Positions 40,901 to 54,505 of a stretch of 64,000 bases of DNA are shown piece after piece. Position numbers and translations under genes: made by a program. The notes beneath the pieces were generated by a model. The model was not told the DNA's origin. It did no database searches and saw only the letters and a list, made by a program, of their open reading frames with translations. Position 1 is the stretch's first letter; each line of letters opens with the position of its first letter. The stretch spans positions 1,116,001 through 1,180,000 of the forward strand of contig JBLDXI010000029.1 in assembly GCA_047495785.1 (NCBI GenBank), written 5' to 3'. The DNA is from Lepidodermella squamata (lineage: Eukaryota; Animalia; Gastrotricha).

Positions 40901-43900
40901 TACTTGCAAATTTTCGAGACGATCAACTCTTTTGCTATAACGCGAAACAATAGCGCAGTGTGTCAAGAGCAGCGCGGGTTCGAGCAGCCTGCGGAAGTGC
41001 ACTGAACGAACGAACTGCGGAGCGAGAAAGAGCAGAAGCAAGAAAATACTACTGCTGCTGCTACTGCTGCAATAGGAGTGTATAAATAACAAGAGGCGAA
41101 AAGTCAAAGCGCAAGGCAAAGATACACTTCCGGGCCGTCCATCAGTCAGTCACATCGTCTTCGTCGAATGCAAACATAACACGTACGGTGGTGGCTGGTT
41201 ATTTTTCCGCAGCCTTGTAATAGACAATAAACAATGCTATGAATACAGAGGCAGGTAGTTTGCGCCGTCCATTTACGCGCCCTTGACTGCGCGACTGTCA
41301 TGTTGTTCACGTGAAGCTATGTGTGACTCGGAAAAACTGAGACGTGACAAGACGGCGGCTGCAGCGGGAAGGCGTCCAACCGCTGCCGAAGTGTATTTGC
41401 ACGCCGAAATCCTGCGCGCGCGCGCGCGTACACACATCAACACACGGGAAACGAGAATACGATGACGCGGCTAAGACGCAACTCGAAAAAGAAAAAATCA
41501 ATCGGCTGCGTCTGCTCTGTGTTGTGCGTTGAGGTTTTGAGATTTCGCTTCCCGCAAATACAAGTAATAACGCGAAAATGCGAACTCGCGAGTGAGAGTG
41601 TGCGCGCGCGCGCATCTCTCGACAAGCCGAATTAAAAATGTTTACGCGCGTTTGACAAAACAAAAAGCCATCGCAATAAAAATGGGCTGTGTGCTATTGG
41701 CGAGACAACAAACAGTAGCCGCCGCCGCCAATGTCGTCGAGTTTATTACCTCTCACATCGACAACGACGACGATGAAAATTGGCAATAAAAATTGGCCCG
41801 AGGCCCAATAAGTGGCGCCGCCGCCACGCAAAATCGCCGGTTTAATGTCAGGCAGGCAGGTATTAAAATTCTGTGATACCTACCACAACCACCACTATCT
41901 ATCAAAATTTATTGTCATATTAGGACACAGGTGGAAAAACATAAAAAAGGTTGTTGCGCGTCGAAATTGTCGCAACGCACGCAAGGCCATAGCAGCTTCA
42001 CACTTTCCAACAACACGCACACACACATTTTGACAAGCAACAAATTTAACGAAATCGCAATAAATAATCGCGAGCATTAAGGCTGCAGCTTGTGCGCTGT
42101 GTTGAAATAACACAACCTGCGTAATATAATATACCTAAACGTATAGCATGCACACGGCGTTGGAGGGATATTCTCTACTACGACTACTAAATGTGTAGGC
42201 AGGGGTCATTTTGAAGCGAGAGAAGCGTGCGCGCACTTGAATTTATACAACTACATCCATCGTGTTCGTCATCCATCGTGAGCAGGCAAAAAAGACGGGC
42301 GTTTTTATTGCCTGCGAGGTGCAATCAATTTTTAGGTGAATAAAAAAGCAAATCAAAGCTATAGGAAGCGTGTTATTGCGGAAATGGCATGTTTCTAAGC
42401 CGGGATTAAGAAATCTAGGCTAAGTGAAGCGAAGGTAATGAAAATCACGCGCTTCACAATGGCAGGTGTGCAGGGATTACTTGCGTTGTGTGGGAACGTT
42501 CGTAACCGAGTTAGGCACAACTAATTATAGGCTCGAGCCCAGCTTCATCATCGCCGTCGAGCGCCCGCTGGGCTGGACACGACTTAATGAGCCGAGAGTG
42601 AAAACAGGGGTGATTTTGTCGTCATCGTCGTATCTATCGCCTGTCATCGCGATGCTGATGGGTTAACGGCTGCTACGCGCGGCGGGCACTAGGGCGGAAA
42701 TGAGGGTTGAGAGAGAGAACAAAGCCAGGCATCGTCGTCGCCCGAGTGGTAATGCCAGTACAGCGCGTCGTTGTCGCATAATAGCACCGAACACTCGAGC
42801 GGCCCAACCCTCGGCTCGAGTTGGAGAGCGAGCCGGCGAGAAGCGCGAGAGCGCGTCTTTTCTTCGCCGGCGTCCTGCAGTTTCTTCTTCTTCTTCTACA
42901 CTCTCGGCCGATCTACGTATACGCCGATCTACGCGCAGCCCGTCTTTCTATATTACTCCACTCACCCCCCTTATCAATGCGAATCGGCTCACAAGGCGTA
43001 AACATGATACGTGCTCTCTACAAACAAGCGAGCGCTGAGATGATGAAAAACGCGCTGATGCTGATGCGGAAATAACCTGTATTACGATGAACCAAGCGAA
43101 ACGTTTCGCGCGCTTCCACAGCCTTCCAGGCCGGTTTCCCAAAACGATGATGATGCTGAATATAAAAACTCGGACAATTGCGAAGCATTAGCATAAACAC
43201 AACGCACGAAAGTGTCTACGATTCGGGACGAAGAAAGCTGCTATCGATGATACCTAATTGCGCCAGCTCACATGTTGCCGATAATGCAGTTTACTAATAA
43301 TAAAATGCGGATAATAAATTCAGGCTCAATTCTCAACGGAATTCGGTCACGTCGCAATAAAAAAAACCACTCAGCCAGTTCGGAAAATTGTCACGAAATT
43401 AATAAAAATTAAGGCGGATTTTTTTTTCATTTCGATCCAGCTTGAAAACACGAGTTTCAAGCCAAGTCGAAGAAAATTAATTACGCATATCGCACTTGTC
43501 GATTATTTTTCTGTCAACCGCTATAGCAAAATGAGAAAATGACGAAAGAGAAAATGCGCACGCTGCAAAAACTCGGTCGAGGTCAACAGAGCGTCGATGA
43601 ACAAAGCGAGACATTGTAAAGAAAACTGCAACAGAGCCACGCGAAAAAGCAGATTGAGTTGGTTCCGACGAAGCTGCAGCAGCCACCGGGCTAATTCAAT
43701 TAAACAAACAAGTTTTCCCAAGCTTTGTCGGGGAGTGGATCGAGCCGAGCGCGTGTGCTTATTATTTATTCGCCGGCACACACACACACACGCATGTAGT
43801 AGTAGTAGTAGTAGTGCTATTACTACTAACAACGAAGAAACAACCTTCGCTGCAAATAAAGTATAGACGCAGCTTTTTAGGCCTCGAGCCGTGTTGCACG

Positions 43901-46900
43901 CCAACACGTTCAACATCGAAGAACGTGAGAGCGCTCTTCCGACCAGCCAGTCCGAAAATGGGACATTTTTAAGCAGGCAAACACGAGCGCAAGGAGATGT
44001 CGCGCCCATCGACCTCGTTGAAACAATAAAAAAAGCTCTTTCTTGCTCGCTCTTTTTACCGGTAGCAAATAGGCAAATAATAGAAGGCGTGGCGCGAGGC
44101 TTCCCGCTTTTAGAAAAAATAGACAGACCGGTAAAAAGCTGGGATGTTAGTGTGTGTGTATCTGCGTGTGGTTAATATACAGAAAAAGCTTGCACATTTC
44201 CGAAAATTCACGCTGCAAAGCTGACACCTTTTCATTACAAGGTCAAGTTTACGCGAAAAATGCAGCATTATCGTAATATGCTAGACACAAAGCGAGAGCA
44301 TGAAGGGACAACTGCTTGAACAAGCGCAAAATGCGGCAACGCAACTCAAAGTTTTCAACAACAGGCTATAATGCCGAGCGAGGGGCAATGCGACGAAATT
44401 AAGTCCGCTACGTCACGGCGCTTGAGAGATTTCGTTTTCATCACAATAATCATCATCGCTTTCCATCAACTTCTCCAGCCAGTAAGCAGCCTTAGACTTA
44501 CCTTGTGTAAGTACTAGCGTGGGCTGAGCTGCTGCTGCTTCTCGCGCGTTTTTTCAAGTGAGAAAATTGCCGCACGAGGCATAAAAAAATCAAACCCGCG
44601 CTCGTGACCGTCAAACTCGTTATAACGAAAAAAACCTAGCAATAAAAAATCACAACGTAAAAATAGGCAATTACTTTGGGGGGGAAAACAATCAAATCTC
44701 ACGTAAATTAAATAATATTACGGAAGATTTATTTGCTTTAATTCTTTGAAATTCTTAAAAAAAATCGAAAAAATTGTGCCGAACGAGTTGACACAGTATT
44801 TTTTTTACGGGAAAATAGGTAATCTCAATGTGAGCTCGCAGCCATCGAGGTTAAATCTCCTTCTATCCTATTAAATAGGAAAATTGCGAGGAAACATGAA
44901 AGGACGACACGCTGAGAGATGAAAGCGGATTATTCGAGTGCAAAAACAAATTAAAAACAAATTTTTCCATGTGTTTTTTGGATACTAACCGCACAAGTTG
45001 TGGCGAATGATTTATGAGCGAATGAACCCAACACTCATCGGCCTGTGCTGCGGTTGACTTTTAAGCGTCCGTGATAAGTAAATGTGAGTCTGCATTATTT
45101 AGGTATATTACGAACGGCGACGACAACGACGGCCAAGTCGTTGGACGATGCATAAATTACGCGATGCGAAAGAATGCGCTCGCGACGACTCTGGGGTGGA
45201 AGAAAGGCCAGCCAAATAAACGCGCTAGCTCTCTGCTGTGTGTAAGAGAGAGAGTTGCAGCGCAGCTAGTTGGCCGCAAAAGCGGGACGGGCTCGAGATA
45301 AGCAACAGCAGCAGCAGCGGAGCGGCGGCGGCTCTCCTCTGACATTACAGCAAACGTTTACCTATTACCTCCACCTGTCCGGTGTGCGCTGCGCGGTGAC
45401 GAATAAATGCGCGATTTATAGGGGGTAGGGAATTTTTACACCAGCTGGCTTTCGACGGCGACAACGACACGGGCAAATAACGATGATGGTGGTGGTGATG
45501 GAAAGCAAGCAGGCTTTAAATTATTATTACACCCAGGCATCTCCTTTACACCGGGGCTAGTGCCAATATTTGGCGCTAGTTACTAGTTACTTGCTAATCT
45601 TACTTGCGACGACGACGCTTGCGCAACGCCGCAACTTGCGCAACGCCCAGACGAGGAAGCACACGCCTGGCTCTGCAGCAGGCGCGGCAGACGGCCGTCT
45701 GGCGCTGGTGATTGGCGAGCGCACGAAGACGTCATAGGTTTCGCTCGCTCTCTATTCGAAACCGTCGGCGTGTTAATGAGAAATCATGATGATGAAATCG
45801 TATCGCAGGCGGCTGGTCGGCGACAAAAGCCGCTGGCCAAGTGGTCTGAAAAACACGCCGCTGGGCCGAACTTCCGCCGCCGCCGTCGACAGGTGGTCGA
45901 GTGAGCGAGCAAGGGACATAACATTACTTTTTCGGGAAGGAAGAGACGCCTTCCGAACCAGCACGCAGAATAGTAATGAGAGCGGGAGAGAGAAACAGGC
46001 AAAGAGAAAGACGAAGAAAATTCTTAGTCGTTCCTATTAATAGAAGCAGCATTTTTAATATTATCGGCCCTAGCTAAATCGACTAGCACGCGGCGGCGAC
46101 GGCGCGCATTAAGTCGCCCGAAGCGAGCGAAGAAGAAGAACACAACGACGACGAGTGGGGGTGTCAAAATTATACATGCGCAAAACGCAATTTGTCGTCG
46201 TTGTACTCTTCCAAAAATCGCGTTAACACGCAACGAGAAGACGAGACGCGAAGAAAATGAGTATTTAAATTATTATTGCATTTGTGCTGCGCCGCGTTAT
46301 AATTTTCACTCACTTTTAAGGCGGAGTTTTTCAGTTTTTTTTTTATCTTAGACTAACACTATTACTATTAGCGTTATTATTATTATTATAGGTCGATATT
46401 TGTAGCGCGTTTAGCCGTTCGCCGTTTGAACCCGAGTTCAAGCCGCGTGCCGGGCGTGATAGACCAGCGCTAGATTTGTTTTGTTTTATTGCTGCTGCTG
46501 CTGCTGCGGTTTTGGTTGTGATTTTGCTAGGCTGTATTATACTATTAGTAATAACGATGTAATAAGTAGGGCATTCGACTTATCTCCATCTGTTTTGAGC
46601 CGCTAATGCTCGGCCACGCATTATAACAGTTTGTGGCTATACCTTTTGATGGGTTCATAAATTCAGTTGCGTGAGCGCCGCGTCATTACTTCCAGAGTTC
46701 GATCGACGCCTGGAAGAACAAGAAGAAGAAGAACGAGGAGGAGAGGATGAAGAAAACAACGAGCGTATAGGTATAAAACACAGCTCTTTGAAGAAGACGC
46801 GGCCGTGATAATATAATATAGAGATATCGAGTAGAAAATCCACCTATCCGGGCGTAATTCGCTTGGGCCTAATGATGATTATTATTCCACGGCTTCTTCG

Positions 46901-49900
46901 TAAGCGGGACATTCGAGTGAGAGAGAGCGAGAGAGTGAGCGAGAGAGATAATAACGCTAGTAATGTTTTTTCTCTCATTTCTTCTCCGCGCTTTCATCGT
47001 AATGCAGCGATGAGGTGTCGCTATTACTAATTCCAGGCTAGCGTGGTTTTGTCTAGGCTTCTCACCTAGCGGTGCATAAATTTCCCAGCAAGCTATGATG
47101 GCTGATGATGAACGTTTGACGACGATGACAGGCGTGGAATGCACCGATTTGACCGATAAAAATGGCGGCGGAAATGATTTTTTTCTCTCACACAAAAATT
47201 AATAACATCAATTTTTTGTTCAAGGCGGCGCAGCACAGAATGAGGAAAAAAAATACTCAAGGTGAACTCGGATAAATTCAAAGCCAGGCCTTATTCAGCT
47301 TATTCGCGAAATCTATATTATTACGCCGCCGTGTTGTAATGCATTATGTTGACAGTCCCATCAGGCAACGATGAAGGCAAGGAAATACAGAACCAACTTG
47401 GGCATGCTGGCAAGAACAGCGCCATCATTATCGTCTTCCTGCGTTTATTCTTCTGCGATAATGCAGCCATCATCGTCATCGTCATCGTCGTCATTATATG
47501 TTTTCGCCGTCGTTCGCTTGCTGCTGCATATTTGCCTGATTCTACTGCTGCTGCTCGTGCGAACGCCGTAATTGGATGGAAATATCGACCGAAAGCGAAT
47601 GCGCGCGCGATACTCGTATTATTTTTATTATTTTAACAGCGCAGCAGCAGCAGAAGCGTACAGCAGAGAGGCAAACTTTGCAGCTGCCGTTTTGTAAAAG
47701 CCTGCCTGCCTCTCATCATATCGACGGCGGCGACGACGACGACAACGGGCCGAGCGAGCGAAAATATCGGCGCCATTACGATATTAGCAGTACGCGTTGG
47801 CAAAATCGCTCGGTGATTATGACGCTGTCGGCCGGGCCAATAACAAGTGCTTTGAACAAGGGAGAATTTTCACTGCAGCAGCTCGTGATCTTCCTTCCTG
47901 TTCTCTCTCTCTCTCTCTCAATGCACCCTCCGTCGCTATTTTTATCCCGCAAACCCACTGCTAACTAACAACGATATAACGCTATTAGGGCGTAATTGTA
48001 CGTCGATGAAACAAAGGCCATGAACAGACGCACATAAAATTGGCCTATGTCGCGCCGCAATCTGTCGCGACAACTCGACGTAAATAAGTAATAAAGCAGC
48101 ATCATCGTCGTGACCCAAGAGACGCATCGACGATGATGAAGCTCTCTGCTCGTCGGCAATAACCACCACCACCACAAGTACGGCGCAATGAAAGACAAAA
48201 AAATGAGAGCGGACAAAGAGGTGCGAATTTTTTAAGGGGGAGTTTTTTCAATGAAAGGCGAGTTTCGAATTAAGTAACACACGTGACGCGTGAATTGAGA
48301 GCAGCTGTCGGCGGTGCACTGGCGATCGTGCGTTGTGAAAAGAAGGCATTGGGCAGCTAAAAAGACTGCTAATTACGACGGACGGCCCGGAGGTTAGGTT
48401 TTTATGATGCGCAATACCAGCCCTACGGCCAATCAACTTCGCATAATGCAATAAGCGCGCACAGCGGCTCGCTTGATCCATTCGTACATTAAGGTGGTTG
48501 CGCCTTAGATAAGCAGAAAATAATAACAACGAACACGACACTGGCATAGCAGCTAGAGATAACTGCCAACAAAGTCAGGCGTAGTAGTAGTAGTAGATAT
48601 ATTACCCAGCAACCTACCTGGCGTAATAACAATAATAATGATGATGAAATTACTATTATTTGTGGCGGCGGCTTTTTCACCACGCCCGCCTTATTTGGTC
48701 TATATCTACCTAACTACCTACCTACCTCGAGCTAGTCAAGGTTTTGCGTAACAATTGAAACAACGCAACGTTCTGCTCCACCGCCAATGGCAATGCAACA
48801 AACACAACATAGAGCTGTCTTTCATCACGGGAGGATGAGGAAGATGCGATTTGCGTTTGTTGAAATGAAAATCCGCGCACTCGAGTAAAAATGAAATAAA
48901 ATAAAAAAATGAGAGGCAGAAAAAACGCAATCGCGTGCGCAATGAAAATTGAATTCTCGTCGTCATCTCTCGTCGTTATTTTTTTGTATGTATGCGCGCG
49001 ACGAGTAATTACTGTTTACAGCAATGCGATTTTCTGCGATTTAGCAATTCGCAGCTGTTCGAGTGAGATTGAGTCCACTCACGCTGATGTTGAGAAGAGG
49101 AAAAGCGGCGATGAAAGGATTCAATTCGCTTGGGTTAACAAAAATAGTTCAACTAATACACCGCGTAAAAAAATGTCCGGTATTCAGGCGCGTGATTTCC
49201 ATGGTGGCAGGCAAAAAGAAAATTAAAATAATTATTAAACACGCAATTCAAATTTAGAAAAAAATAGTTTTAAGGTGGAATTTTTCTAAAAAGTGAAATA
49301 GGATCTGCTGGGCATCTTGTCAGCAAACCCTGCTATACTGTTTGTTTAGACGATAAAAACAGGACAAGCTAATTTTCAGGCACTGTTATTTAAGGCGAAC
49401 TACGCCGACGATGACTACTTATTCAAGATGAAGATTACTTGAAAAGCCCGCCGGTCGAGATTTCCAGCCACTCTTCACGCCGTGTGTTTATTTGCCAGCG
49501 GCGGCATATTAAGGCGGAAAAACACACTGTGCGCTAGATGCAGACAAGCCGGTCCCAATGTATCTATTTCTATCTATCTATGATGATGGCAGAGACTTGA
49601 TACAGCGCTAAGTGTCGCTTGCGATTAAAAAGCTCGGCTAGCTGCTCGCTTGCGTGTGTTATTTGTCGGGCAAAGTCGGCTGTAGGTCACTCCTATATTG
49701 CAGTGTTTGCGCTCGACGTGACATTTATAAGGCCTTGTTTGCCGACGATGACGTCGCAGCAATGTAAATGGCAATACTTTCCATCCATCCAGCCATCCAT
49801 CAGCAGCAGCAAAATAAATAATAACACACACACACAGTGAAAAAAAATCAATTCGCGTGTTTTGCCAAAAACCGATGATGATGAGCGAAATTTCGAACAG

Positions 49901-52900
49901 AGTAGCTTAATCATTTCAATTATTTTTAATTATCACACGTAAATGCACACGCAATCCCTTTGAAAGCGCGCGATTAATGCCTGGCGCTCTCGTTTTCAAT
50001 AAAAAATTAAAATCCGTTTTTTTTGCGGTTCGCTGGCAAGATATTAAACTAGAAGCGACTACCTCCGAATCTAATTTTTTCATACTAAAATTCAATGTTC
50101 TCGCTGGCACTAAGCTGTTGAGATGGAATTTATTGCCGCTTTTAGCAGCTCGAGCAGCGTGTGTTTACCTTGGACTGATAAAACAGTTTTATGATAGTTT
50201 TCAATGGCAGGCAACGATAGCATTAGTGGAGCTTAACATCCAGGACAACTCAGGTATAAATTGCGCTGCACTGAGAAAGAATTAGCGTAGTATTACCCTA
50301 AAACTCGTAAATTTTTTGGTAATGAAATTGCCGTTATTACTATCATCCACTAGCGACTAGCGGCTGTAAAAAATGCCCGCACGTTCTCACGGCCCTTGAG
50401 TGAATTTTATGCCAACTATCCATCAGTCGAGAATTACATCGCGGCCGAAATAGTTATCTAGGTCATGACTCTTAAAATCAATTGTATTATCGCGGCGTGA
50501 ATGCAATTTCCGCAGTTATAATAATATTACACACGCTAGGCTGGTCCTAATGCATGCCAGGCAGGCACGTCAATCGACAAGCTATGCTAAGCCGCCGTCC
50601 CATGAGTGACCAATCGTCATATTGCCAGGTTAAAAATAGCGTGAAATTTTCTTCTTGAATGTATAAGCGGAAAATTAAATTCTGCACTAATGCTTAATTA
50701 CGTAGAGAAGCTTTGTTCTATTTCCGCAAAAGTTGTAATTTTCGAGTTAGCCACGCTTTCAACGGGCGGGCAAAAAGATTTGAAAAATGTTTTGTCAACA
50801 AGTTATTAACAAGGCTTGTTGTAACTCTGAATGAGAGATGAAAGATGAGAACTGAGAATGAAAAAAATTGACTACTCCAGTGAATTTCCAGTGTTTCATC
50901 GAGGCAACATTTTTAGCCAATTGAAAAGATTTCTGAAGGCGAGAGATAAAAAATTCGGTTATATTTCTGAAAAATCAAGTTCTCCATATTTGCAGCCTTG
51001 ATTTCTAATAAAAAATCAACTTCAAGAATCGCTCGAATAGGTGGGCGTGAGAAAGGCATTCCTTGCTTCTTTTTAATCCAATTTTCTTAGATTCATTCGA
51101 TTAATGCAAAATCGTAGAAATTGTTGCGCTCTATCGAAGCGTTAACAAAAACTTCGCGCGAGTTGGTCCGATTTTTTCCCTCTCACGTGATCGGTAAGCG
51201 TATAGGGTGATTGCACTCGCTAAAATAACAACAAAAGAGCCGCTAATTGCTTTCTTTTATCTGCAAAACCCAACGCCCGTGGCAACGTTTAACGAAGGGG
51301 TGTCGTCTCAAGCCTCGATACAATGGGCTATTATTCGGAGAGGACCAAATACTACCATTTCATCCAACACAAAAATAATAATTGCCGGGTAGAAATGCCC
51401 GACGCACGTTATGAATTTTAATGAAATTTGGCCAATTGCTCGCAAAGAAGCACCTGGCTTGATTATGGTTGATTATTACTTATTAATTGAGGCGACGAAC
51501 GCGCGACGACCCCTCGTCGAAAGCAGTACACGCGATGAATTGGATTATAGGTGCGAATAAACGCCAATTTGGCAACAATAATAAGCCAAGTTGACGGTGA
51601 AGCCTTAGTTTAAATTAGGGAAATTTGCGGCTTGGCCCATTTCGAGTTATGTACTTATCACCCGCCGGGTGTTAGGAACCTATTCATCACCATAGCTTCA
51701 TGCGGTCAAAGGGGAGATTATGAAAAAGAGCTAATTTACGCCGCCGCCAAAAAAATTCTAGGCAACTGTGACACTTTTTTGCATTGATGCCTCGAGCGCG
51801 GAAAAATTTACATTAATTTTTTTAAGCTTTCAGCTTTCAGCGATACGAAAAAATTCGCGATGGTGATGACGCGAGACTGCATTACGACGCTTCTTCCTTG
51901 AAAAAATGCTTAAATATACGCAAATGTTGATTTATACCGAGCGAGAAATGATGTGCGCCTCATCAGCACGTGCATCGATTAGCACCAATAATACGCATAT
52001 AATCGATGTTAATGAGTAATGGGCGTTGATTGGCGGACAAATTATCATCGCATATTATAGGGCAGGTGTGTGATGCGCTTATCATTATTGATGCGCTTCC
52101 AGTTCAGATCATTTTATGCGCAAACATTGTCCAGTGTGACACAGTCGCCTTGGACACTAATTGCACCAAAAAATGCGCACCTTCGACTTCGAAAATCGGT
52201 GAATTATAGGGTGCTAATTGAGGGGAATTCACAAGCTAAAAGTTCACCCCGATTAGGGTGATACTCTTCTTGTGTATCGGAAATCGAAAGATCGGATAAC
52301 ACAGCTGAGAAAATTACGATCAACTATAGTTTCAAGGTCAAATTGACCGAAATGAGCCGAAAATCTCTTGCGAGTAATTTTCAAGGTTTGATTAAGTTAA
52401 TGAATTCAGGAATATCGAGGTTAAATCTGAGAGGATTGGACAATTTTATATATTATTTTTAATAATCTCGTGCAGTGCGGCAGGATGAAAAAAATTGGGA
52501 CAAAGGTGCGAAGAATCCTCTCAAGCACACACTCAGCAATGTCGAATCGAGCGAGTGAATACAAAACACGTCGGCGTTATAAAGGGAGCCCTCTCGTGGC
52601 CGTGTCATATTCAATTAGCAATCAAGCCCAATCAAGTGTGTGTATGCGCTTTCAAAAATGCTGGTAAATGTTGTCCAGGGGTGACAGCAGCAGCAGCGAA
52701 ACGAAGCTTTGGGATTTTCAGCAGTCTCCCTTGTCATATACATTCGAATGGAAGGTAAACACACACTCTCGCATACATTAAGGCACATAGCCTTCTGCAA
52801 TTCTAGATTTTTTATTCCGCACTATTTGCTTGCCCTTGTCATCATGTATTAAACATAGGTATAACTGAGCGTAAATATTCGATATTACAAAGCAGCAAGC
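35000..52900. promoter_or_regulatory. ~18 kb gene desert upstream of SoxC (putative cis-regulatory landscape)
   Basis: No spliceable coding signal; abundant short GAC, GCT, TAG, ATT and CG runs; lies 5' of a developmental TF in an otherwise compact region. Confidence 0.55.
35953..35988. repeat. (GTAG)9 microsatellite
   Basis: Nine perfect units read directly. Confidence 0.95.
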
Positions 52901-52989
52901 GTATACCCCACACCCGAGGCTATCAAGAAAAAAAATGTCCTGTCTCACGGCGAAAATAATTGCGCGAAATTTGTGTATGCGTCCTATTT

Positions 52990-53598
52990 TCATGCCTTAT
53001 TGGCTGAATGCTTCGGCGCCGATTGATCGGAGCGTTTCTCGTCAGATCGACGGAACAAAGTAAAGCAAGGCAGGCATTTTGTATCGCACATTTCAACGAG
53101 GGGATCTTTTACATAGGCTGAAATAAAATAATTAAAAAAAAAAATTTAAAATTAAATTAAAAATTTACCGAATCCAGCTAGCCGATCTTCGTTGGCTAAA
53201 ATAAGAAAAAAATTATGAAAAAAATTATTTAAAATAATTTTACGTGAGATGGCGCCTGAGTCGTCTCCTGATTGAGGTTCGCTAGTCGGCAAAAATTCCT
53301 CCGGATAGCCGTAGTCTCCAAAGTCGAAAATGTCGTCGTAATACTGGCGCTTGCCGAGCCAAGACGGGCGCAGAAATTTGAGAATGTCCTGTTCGAAGCC
53401 GCGTTTGCTTTCCTCGCGTTTCCACGGGCGGAAAAGGCGGAACAAATCTTCAAGGCCGCGCTTGCTGTTAGCAGCTTTGTTGTGTTCGGCCGCTTTTTGC
53501 ACGAAACCAGCGACTGGCACGACGGCTGATCGCTTCGAATCTTCTGCGGCGATGACAGCAATAAAAGCGGCAACAATCAAGTAGCAAATGCTCGACAT
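52990..53598 (-). CDS. Neuropeptide / peptide-hormone precursor
   Basis: Exons 53598-53244, 53195-53169 (27 nt), 53117-52990 in frame; signal peptide MSSICYLIVAAFIAVIAA; KR sites flanking GLEDLFRLFRPW and GFEQDILKFLRPSWL-GKR (amidation signal); C-terminal MCDTKCLPCFTLF-RR. Confidence 0.85.
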
Positions 53599-54505
53599 TT
53601 TTTTGCGTTGAAAAATAGCTTTTTTAGTATGCTTTTTGTCCCATTGGTCCCGGCTCCTTTTAAGGCGTCCGGGTAGCTGATGGGAATAACAATTAGCGGG
53701 GCGACGGAAGTTGCTGAACCAGGTTCAAATTTGCAAGATGTCACATCTTGCCTGTTTAATTCCGCCTCGGTTACGGATATTCCCATAATTTAACATTAAT
53801 TGATGCGTACATTTTTAGCGCTGAGCCATTCAAACGGTTGGTTGGGAGGCATTCTATTTCGGTTTTGCTCGATCAAAAGGGCGCGTGTCCACGTGACAGG
53901 CTTCGTCGTTTATTCACCTATTCGTCAATCTTTCATTCCTTTCAGTTTGTTCTATCTGAGATGATTTCAACGTGTCTGGTCTGTATCAATCATTAATCAA
54001 TGTTTAAATTCGCAGAAGATAAATTAAACTACCGTGAATAGGGTGAGTTTGAAATGATCACGTGGCCACTTTTTTCTTGATGCACTAATTAATGCTAACT
54101 ATCATCTGCCTTATTTCACTTTTGTGAGTGCTTAGTACGATGCAGAACTGGGGACAACCGCGGACGAATAAGTCAAAGGAATAAATGAATCAAGTCAGAT
54201 CCATCTTTTTTTATCGGTGAATATTCGCTCGTAAATAATAAGTACGCAATTTTGACTACTTACAGTTCGTCGGGTGTGACGAATTCGTGAGATTTCTAGT
54301 AGAAAAGAGCATGGGCTTGGGCCAGGCCCGAGTTTATTCTTGAAATACAATCGTGAAATTAATTGCATTGCAGCTAATGATCTAGCGAGAAAGTTTTAGC
54401 GAAATGCTTGAAAAAACTAATCCGACGCTTTGGAAATAATATTCTCAATTGCCAAGCTGAAAAACACGGATGGAGACATAAAAGTCTTGGTAGAGTTTTT
54501 TGTCA

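Noticed and set aside
52115-52180. Hairpin TGTCCAGTGTGAC...GTCGCCTTGGACA near AATTGCAC as a miR-92-like miRNA
   Set aside because: Stem is short and imperfect, and the sequence after the seed does not match miR-92 family members.
35000-52900. Dozens of 60-160 aa ORFs in the SoxC upstream region
   Set aside because: Products are low-complexity runs from triplet microsatellites, overlap on both strands, and show no domain motifs or consistent splice pattern.
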